A stretch of DNA of 63,851 nt, the filler included, from Candidatus Zhuqueibacterota bacterium (GTDB lineage Bacteria; BS750m-G25), in NCBI GenBank assembly GCA_016783505.1. It is 4 parts of 4 records of this genome, joined end to end, with 100 filler letters (N's around TTAATTAATTAA, not from the genome) between each part and the next. Parts side by side here need not be neighbours in the genome. Positions count along the whole stretch, not along the records: positions 52,933 to 58,491 come from JADHWK010000088.1; positions 58,592 to 63,851 come from JADHWK010000089.1; 2 more parts are not named here. One strand, 5' to 3'. The translations under genes and the position numbers were made by a program. The notes beneath the pieces were generated by a model. It made no database searches. It was not told the origin of the DNA and saw only the letters and a list, made by a program, of their open reading frames with translations. Positions 57,827-63,851 of this stretch are shown one piece after another (positions within the stretch are counted from its first letter, which is position 1; every line of letters begins with the position of its first letter).

Positions 57827-58491
57827 TTAAAAAATTAACTCCCCGGCGATGAGATAGAGAACCAGGGCCACCCCTGCTGCCGTCAGGGCATAGGGAATCT
57901 GGGTGTTAACGTGGTCTATATGGTCGCAGGCCGAGGCCATGGAGGAGATAATGGTGGTATCGGATATGGGAGAGCAGTGGTCGCCGAAAATCCCGCCCCC
58001 GAGGGCGGCACCGATAACCAGCCCCGGATGGGCCCCCACCAGGGAGATCATGGGGACACTGATTGGGATCATAATAGCAAAGGTACCGAAGGAGGTGCCA
58101 GTGGCAAAAGCGATGAAGCAGGAGACCAGAAAGATCAGGGCTGGGACGAGGCCGGGGTTGACCCAGGCCTTGGCTATCCCCGCTACGTAAGTCCCCGTCC
58201 CCAGAACCTTACAGGTGTCCCCGATGGCAAAGGCCAGCACCATCAACAGGGCCAGGGATACCAATCCCCCGGTGCCCTTCATGAACTGGTCGGTGATCTC
58301 CCGCAGGTTCATGATCCCCTGAACCCGGTAGGCAATCGCCCCTACGCCCAGCCCCACCAGCACCGCCCAGAACACCGAGGTAGAACCGGAACCGTTCATG
58401 GGGTTCCCTTCCCCGGTGATGAACAGACCCACGGGCACCGTCAGGGCCATAAACAGGATGGGCAGTAGCATGTTGATCATCCGGGGCTTTA
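57827..58491 (-). CDS. NhaC family antiporter/transporter, 5' truncated
   Basis: FATGTSFGT, GGGIFGDHCSPISDTTIISS, HIDHVNTQIPY. Confidence 0.9.
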
Positions 58492-58591
58492 NNNNNNNNN
58501 NNNNNNNNNNNNNNNNNNNNNNNNNNNNNNNNNNNTTAATTAATTAANNNNNNNNNNNNNNNNNNNNNNNNNNNNNNNNNNNNNNNNNNNN
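58492..58591. other. Artificial contig linker
   Basis: N/TTAATTAATTAA/N spacer. Confidence 0.99.
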
Positions 58592-59096
58592 AAGAACACT
58601 GCTGCTCTACCCTTATTCCCGGCAACCCTTGCAAAAGTTCATAGAGATCGGGAGCTGCTTTTTTTTCAATCATACGGGCAGTGATAACCTCGGTGCGCAC
58701 AGGAACATCCTTGATAAATCGGGGAGTTCGGGTGCCGGTGACTACTATGCCTCCGAGTTCGAGCACACTTTCCCTTAACTCGAAATCAACGGTTACCGTG
58801 GCACCAGTACGAATGTCTACCTTTTCTACTCTGGACTTATAACCCATCATTAATGCGATGAGCCGATACTTACCAGCCGGAACAGTAGCAATAACATAAC
58901 TGCCATCCGTGCCGGTGGCTGCCCCCAGGGTTGTTCCTTCGATGACGACATTAGCGCCGACAAGGGGTTCTTTGGTCTCGACATCGATCACTTCCCCCTG
59001 AATTTTGCCCGTAACTCCGGCAAAGGCCCAAACAGGGAGCAGAGCAGTCATCAAGACCGCTGCGACGATCGAACCTAAATACTCTCTTCCTTTCAT
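58592..59096 (-). CDS. TonB-dependent receptor, N-terminal part (carboxypeptidase-regulatory-like domain and plug)
   Basis: Signal peptide, GKIQGEVID..EPLVGANV, IVVTGTRT..DVPVRTEVI, LPGIRVEQQC. Confidence 0.88.
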
Positions 59097-59332
59097 TGCG
59101 AAACCCTCTTAGTTTGAAGTTTAAACTTTTGTAAATTGCCTTTAGAACGACGATACTTAAAACCACCGATCTGCAGGATTATTCGGATAAGCTAAACATC
59201 TTGAACCTCCTTCCTTAAATGAACCTATCAGACCTCTATTCCACAATCATCCGGCATCACCTCATATCTTTAAAACGAATAAAGTTTTTACTTTTTATGG
59301 TTTATCCCATAGGTATTGCTCCCTTTTGATTT

Positions 59333-59347
59333 TGAAATTCAATTTCA
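59333..59347. promoter_or_regulatory. Fur-type 7-1-7 box upstream of the TonB-dependent receptor
   Basis: TGAAATT-C-AATTTCA perfect palindrome. Confidence 0.7.
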
Positions 59348-59387
59348 TTGCATTTCTAAAAAAAATTATATCTGCCCCCAGCTCATC

Positions 59388-61115
59388 TCAAAGTAATAGA
59401 TTGAGTATCCCTCCGACTGTCAAGGCGGAAACAATCATAATCCCCGCCGATTTTATCATATCTTTCACACCCAGTTCCTTGACCAGGACCGCAAATGTGG
59501 CCACGCAGGGGAAGTACATGGCTAAAACCACGCTGGCGATTATTAGTTGATTTAAGGTCAAATCAAGGGGCAAGAGCATCCCTACGGCAACGTCCTTGCG
59601 CAAGAATCCGATGATAAGGGCACCGACTGCCTCCCTGGGAAGCCCCAGAATTCCAGTTACAACCGGCGCCGTGAACCTGCCAATGAACTCAATGATCCGG
59701 AGGGAATAGAGAATGTTTACAATAAGGACTCCGAGGAGGACATAAGGAACGGCCTCCTGTAGAAACCATCTGGTTCTCATCCATAATTTTTTTAATAGTG
59801 CCCTCAAATAGGGAATACGATAGGGGGGAATTTCCACGAATATCTCAGGGCTTTCCCCCTTTAAAATCAAGTTCAGCAGAATTCCAAGTATTATCCAGAC
59901 TACAAATAAAGTTCCAAAAACCAGCCCCAGCCCTTTTGTTCCATATCTGCCCACCAGTCCGATAACCATTGCCTGCAGGGCCATGCAGGGGACCGCTATG
60001 GCCATTAAGGTTGCACTAATAAACCTTTCTCGCCTTGTTTCGAGCACCCTGGTGGCCAGAGCGCCAGGAACATTACAGCCCAATCCCAGCATCATAGGAA
60101 TAATTGCCAGCCCGTGCAGTCCTAAGCGGTGCATAATGTTATCAACAAGGACACCGAGGCGGGGAAGATAGCCCGAATCCTCTGCAAAACTTAAGACTAA
60201 ATAAAAAGAAATGACATAGGGAAGAACCATGGCAATGGGGACAAAGAGCCCTGTGGTCAAGAGCCCCAGGGACTCCACAAAGTCTATCTCGCCCCCAACT
60301 AATTTCCCGATTAATATGTTGTGGACAAAACCCTGGGATCCCAGGACAAAAGAAAGCTTCATCATCAATGGCGCCCACAATCTGTCAAATATAGGCTCAA
60401 AAATATACCCGATGAGACCCTCCCCGATGAATCTTATAATCTTAAATGCCGCATACATGGCCACCAATGCGAGGGGAATTCCCGTTAGGGGTCTTATGGA
60501 AGCATCCCCCAACCTTTCCAAAAGGGTGTGATGGCGATGGGTTACCTTCTGCACCTGGGAGATGATGTTTCCCACTTCGTGCCACCGCTCCTCATTCTGG
60601 TATTCATAAATTCCGACCTTTGCATCGGGGAGTCTGGTCACCAGGTTTTTTATCCCCTCGCCGGATATGGCGCAGGTGGGCACAACCGGCACCCCGAGGA
60701 TCTTCTCGAGTTCCTCAGTATCAATTGAAATTCCAGTATGTTTTGTCTCATCCCAGAGATTGAGAGCAACAATTACGGGAATATTTCGTTTAAGTAACTG
60801 AAGGGTAAGATTAAGATTCCGCTCAAGATTGGTAGCATCTACAATATTTATCACCAGATTTCCCTGCGAGTGCTCAGACACGGCCTCATTAAGCATTTCC
60901 ACCGCCACTTCTTCAGCCTTTGAAGTCGGCTCAAGCGTATAGGTTCCTGGGACATCAATGACCTCTGCTTTTTCATCGCCGAGTCTCATGGTCCCTTTCG
61001 TAAATTCAACAGTCGTCCCTGGATAGTTAGAAGCAATGACGTGAACCCCAGTAAGCCGTGAAAAAACCACGCTTTTACCTACATTAGGATTGCCCATTAA
61101 AAGTATTTTTTTCAT
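59388..61115 (-). CDS. feoB: Ferrous iron transporter FeoB
   Basis: GNPNVGKS, NYPGTTVE, DVPGTY, EDSGYLPR, GCNVP, YFPCVAT. Confidence 0.95.
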   Translation of the reverse strand: MKKILLMGNPNVGKSVVFSRLTGVHVIASNYPGTTVEFTKGTMRLGDEKAEVIDVPGTYTLEPTSKAEEVAVEMLNEAVSEHSQGNLVINIVDATNLERNLNLTLQLLKRNIPVIVALNLWDETKHTGISIDTEELEKILGVPVVPTCAISGEGIKNLVTRLPDAKVGIYEYQNEERWHEVGNIISQVQKVTHRHHTLLERLGDASIRPLTGIPLALVAMYAAFKIIRFIGEGLIGYIFEPIFDRLWAPLMMKLSFVLGSQGFVHNILIGKLVGGEIDFVESLGLLTTGLFVPIAMVLPYVISFYLVLSFAEDSGYLPRLGVLVDNIMHRLGLHGLAIIPMMLGLGCNVPGALATRVLETRRERFISATLMAIAVPCMALQAMVIGLVGRYGTKGLGLVFGTLFVVWIILGILLNLILKGESPEIFVEIPPYRIPYLRALLKKLWMRTRWFLQEAVPYVLLGVLIVNILYSLRIIEFIGRFTAPVVTGILGLPREAVGALIIGFLRKDVAVGMLLPLDLTLNQLIIASVVLAMYFPCVATFAVLVKELGVKDMIKSAGIMIVSALTVGGILNLLL

Positions 61116-61139
61116 TCCCCTCTCCCTTTTTTTTGATTT

Positions 61140-61154
61140 TGAAATTCAGTTTCA
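61140..61154. promoter_or_regulatory. Fur-type box between feoA and feoB
   Basis: TGAAATT-C-AGTTTCA. Confidence 0.65.
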
Positions 61155-61194
61155 TTAAAGGAATAAAAAATAAACCAGGTGAAATTATTAAGTT

Positions 61195-61425
61195 TTATGT
61201 GTTTACCATAATTTTCCTGGCCATGCCGAAGCCCAGGGCGACCTGAGAATTGCCTACCTGTATGGTTACGGGACCACGCATAAACTGTGCAGAAACCTTC
61301 ATAATCATTACCCCTGGTCTCACCCCGAGGGATTCCAGGCGCCTGCGCAGGCCGTGTCCCCCTTGAATGTTAACGATAGTTCCTGTCTCTCCCTGTCTTA
61401 GCTGGGTTAAATCAATCAAATTCAT
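61195..61425 (-). CDS. feoA: FeoA
   Basis: LRRRLESLGVRPG..GPVTIQVG..ALGFGMARKIMV. Confidence 0.93.
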   Translation of the reverse strand: MNLIDLTQLRQGETGTIVNIQGGHGLRRRLESLGVRPGVMIMKVSAQFMRGPVTIQVGNSQVALGFGMARKIMVNT

Positions 61426-61844
61426 TCACACCTGTTACAATATCCGTAAAGTTCCAATTTGTGATCTGTTACCCTAAAATTATGTTTCCCTGCCACTCCA
61501 TTTTGCAGTTCTTCTATTCTGTCGTCTTTGAATTCCACAATTTTACCGCATTTGATGCAGATCAGGTGATCGTGGTGTTCCTCCCTGTGCACAGGCTCGA
61601 AGCGGGTGAATCCATCCCCGAATTGACGCTCCGTCGCCAGCCCCGCCTCAACAAGTAATTTCAAGGTCCGATAGACAGTGGAGAAGCCGATCCTGGGATC
61701 ACTTTTTTGAACCCTTCGGTATAGTTCTTCGACACTAAAGTGCCTGTCCGCTTTCAGAAACAAATCTGCGACCTCATCACGCTGCTGGGTGCCCTTCAAT
61801 CCCTTATCTTGAAGGTAATTTCCAAAAGTAATTTCCCTACTCAT
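61422..61844 (-). CDS. fur: Fur family transcriptional repressor
   Basis: STVYRTLKLL, HHDHLICIKCG, YGYCNRC. Confidence 0.93.
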   Translation of the reverse strand: MSREITFGNYLQDKGLKGTQQRDEVADLFLKADRHFSVEELYRRVQKSDPRIGFSTVYRTLKLLVEAGLATERQFGDGFTRFEPVHREEHHDHLICIKCGKIVEFKDDRIEELQNGVAGKHNFRVTDHKLELYGYCNRCE

Positions 61845-62104
61845 GGGTGTACTCCTTACGCCGTTCCAACTTGTTATTTCTAACTAGATCTGGAAATAAA
61901 ACACTGAATTGTTGATTGTTAAACACCAGGCTCCAGCATCAATCAGCAATTGGCAATCATTTCATTGTCATTTCCCAACATCGTTTCCCCCTGGCCGGGC
62001 AGGCAAGACCCTTCGGGTCCCAAGACCTTTGGGGCCGACAGTGTTTCCCGAATCTTGGATCTAAAGAATTATCGGAATTTAGCTGGAATGGTGCTTGTTG
62101 ATTT

Positions 62105-62152
62105 TGAATTTCATTTTCACTATAATATAATAAAAAAAATCCTTATTGTCAA
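62105..62152 (-). promoter_or_regulatory. fur-feo promoter with adjacent Fur-type box
   Basis: Minus strand TTGACA-17-TATATT, followed by TGAAAAT-G-AAATTCA (62105-62119). Confidence 0.7.
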
Positions 62153-62158
62153 GTAATT

Positions 62159-63850
62159 TTATCGCTTTTGTACGATCCCATATTTTTTAGTCTTTCTCCA
62201 TAAAGTAGTGCGGCTTATCTTAAGCTCAGCAGCGGCATTATGCCTATCCCAATTATTTTTAGTCAGAACATCCAAGAGGATCTGCTTTTCCAGCTTAGCC
62301 AGGGGAGAGGAAGATAGAGCCACCCCCTCGACGAGACTGCGGCGCTGGGCTTTTAACTCTTCGGGTAGATGGGCGGGTCGAATGACCCCTTCCCGGCAGT
62401 GGACAAAAGCGTGTTCGATGGCGTTCTCCAGTTGACGGATATTTCCCGGCCACGGATAGTCAACGAGGATGTCCATTACCTCAGGGGTTACCGACGTTAT
62501 TTTTTTACCAGTCTTTTTATTAAATTTTTCTATGAAATGCTCAACGAGAAGGGGAATGTCGTCGTTTCTTTCCCTCAATGGCGGAAGATGGATGGGAACG
62601 ACATTTAGTCGGTAGAATAGATCTTCCCTGAACCCTCCCCCTTTGACGGCCTCTTGCAGATCCCTGTTGGTGGCGGCGACCACCCGTATGTCCACCTTTA
62701 TCGTTTTCGTCCCGCCCAGACGTTCAAATTCCCCTTCTTCCAGTACCCTAAGGAGTTTTAACTGCACCGGTTTGGATATGTCACCTATTTCGTCTAAGAA
62801 TATGGTTCCCTTATGGGCGAGCTCAAACCTTCCAGGTTTGTCTCTGTCAGCCCCGGTAAAGGCCCCCTTTGTGTGTCCGAACAGCTCGCTCTCCAAAAGG
62901 GCCTCCGGAAGGGCAACACAGCTTACTTTTATGAAGGGTCTCTCCCGTCTGGGGGAATTGTAATGGATGGCCCTGGCTACCAAATCCTTTCCTGTGCCCG
63001 TCTCCCCTTGGACCAGAACGGTGGAGGAGGTCTCGGCCACCGCCCCTAAAAGGTCATAGAGCTTAAGCATCTTCGGGTTTTTGCCCAAAATATTGGCGAA
63101 ACTGTATCGTTTCTTCAGTTCATCCCTCAGGTGTTTTAGGGTTGAGAGATCCCTGAAGGTTTCCACACCACCGATTATCTCACCCTCTTCATCTATCAGA
63201 AGGGCAGTGCTCACGCTTATTTGGACCGGTTTTTCATCTTTGCTTTTAATTTCGAACTCAAGGTTGGAGATGGATTGGCCGCTTTCAAATGTCCTGCGGA
63301 GGGGGCAGGCCTCCTGGCAGACCCGGCTGCGAAAAATTTTATGGCAGGGTTTTCCGATCGCATCCTGTCTGGGAAATCCGGTTATCTCCTCTGCGGCTTT
63401 GTTGAAACTGGTTATACGCCACTGGGGATCAACGGTAAATACCCCATCGGCAACGCTCTCAACGATGGCCTGAAGCCTGTTTTTCTCCTTTACGATTTCG
63501 GAGGTGAGGGAGTAGAGCTCGGCGATATTCCTGAAGGTTAGGATAACCCCGATGATCCCACCCCGGGGATTCTTTAAGGGAACAGCGGTTAAGCCGATGG
63601 GAATTATCTCTCCCCCAATCGTGGAAATCTCCGCCCTGAGGTTGGAGAGCCCTTGGTGGGTTTTAAGGGTCTCTCTTAAGGGGCAGTTTTTTTCGCAGAG
63701 GGTTGACTTAAATATGTCGTAGCAGTGATGGCCGCATGCATCATCGGCCCCATATCCGGTTATCCGCTCCGCCCCCCGATTGAAACTTATGATCTGGAAC
63801 TGGGCGTCAATGGCAATGACCCCATCGCCCAGGGCATCGTCGAATTCCTC
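62159..63850 (-). CDS. Sigma54-dependent activator with two PAS domains; runs off the window end
   Basis: GETGTGKD, ESELFGH..GAFTGA, FLDEIGD, WPGNIRQL, Fis HTH; the frame is open upstream of 63214 through two PAS domains, each with C-x8-C-x3-C. Confidence 0.93.
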   Translation of the reverse strand, partial: EEFDDALGDGVIAIDAQFQIISFNRGAERITGYGADDACGHHCYDIFKSTLCEKNCPLRETLKTHQGLSNLRAEISTIGGEIIPIGLTAVPLKNPRGGIIGVILTFRNIAELYSLTSEIVKEKNRLQAIVESVADGVFTVDPQWRITSFNKAAEEITGFPRQDAIGKPCHKIFRSRVCQEACPLRRTFESGQSISNLEFEIKSKDEKPVQISVSTALLIDEEGEIIGGVETFRDLSTLKHLRDELKKRYSFANILGKNPKMLKLYDLLGAVAETSSTVLVQGETGTGKDLVARAIHYNSPRRERPFIKVSCVALPEALLESELFGHTKGAFTGADRDKPGRFELAHKGTIFLDEIGDISKPVQLKLLRVLEEGEFERLGGTKTIKVDIRVVAATNRDLQEAVKGGGFREDLFYRLNVVPIHLPPLRERNDDIPLLVEHFIEKFNKKTGKKITSVTPEVMDILVDYPWPGNIRQLENAIEHAFVHCREGVIRPAHLPEELKAQRRSLVEGVALSSSPLAKLEKQILLDVLTKNNWDRHNAAAELKISRTTLWRKTKKYGIVQKR

Positions 63851-63851
63851 A

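Noticed and set aside
62083-62100. Sigma54 promoter-like CTGGAATGGTGCTTGT
   Set aside because: Mismatches the -24/-12 consensus and points toward the activator's 3' end rather than a gene start.

Overview
This window is four contigs of a draft or metagenome-assembled bacterial genome joined by artificial 100-bp N/TTAATTAATTAA/N linkers (27684-27783, 52833-52932, 58492-58591). Gene content (TonB-dependent receptor, lipoproteins, tRNA-Sec, FeoAB, acyl-CoA dehydratase activase, ArsM) suggests an anaerobic Gram-negative organism; taxonomy cannot be fixed from the sequence alone. GC-rich core genes (AspAT, flotillin, PEPCK, DmpA, a two-component system, a peptidoglycan-peptide recycling cluster, PfkA, LKR/SDH, fur-feoA-feoB) alternate with AT-rich accessory genes (DUF5678 plus aspartyl protease, DUF234 ATPase, YaaC, Type IIG R-M, NYN, esterase and TPR cassettes) and with many pseudogene scars, MITEs and palindromes. 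Main highlights: (1) an ORF missing from the supplied track (1-2111, minus), an aspartate aminotransferase fused to a catalytically degenerate PEPCK-like P-loop domain, sitting near an intact PEPCK; (2) four accessory genes each bracketed by a diverged duplicate of the end of the neighbouring gene; (3) integron attI/attC-type sites and gene cassettes with no integron integrase in the window; (4) two candidate small RNAs; (5) an apparently exported peptide-recycling enzyme set, visible after re-joining two contigs that overlap by 139 bp. All family assignments are by motif recognition, not database search.
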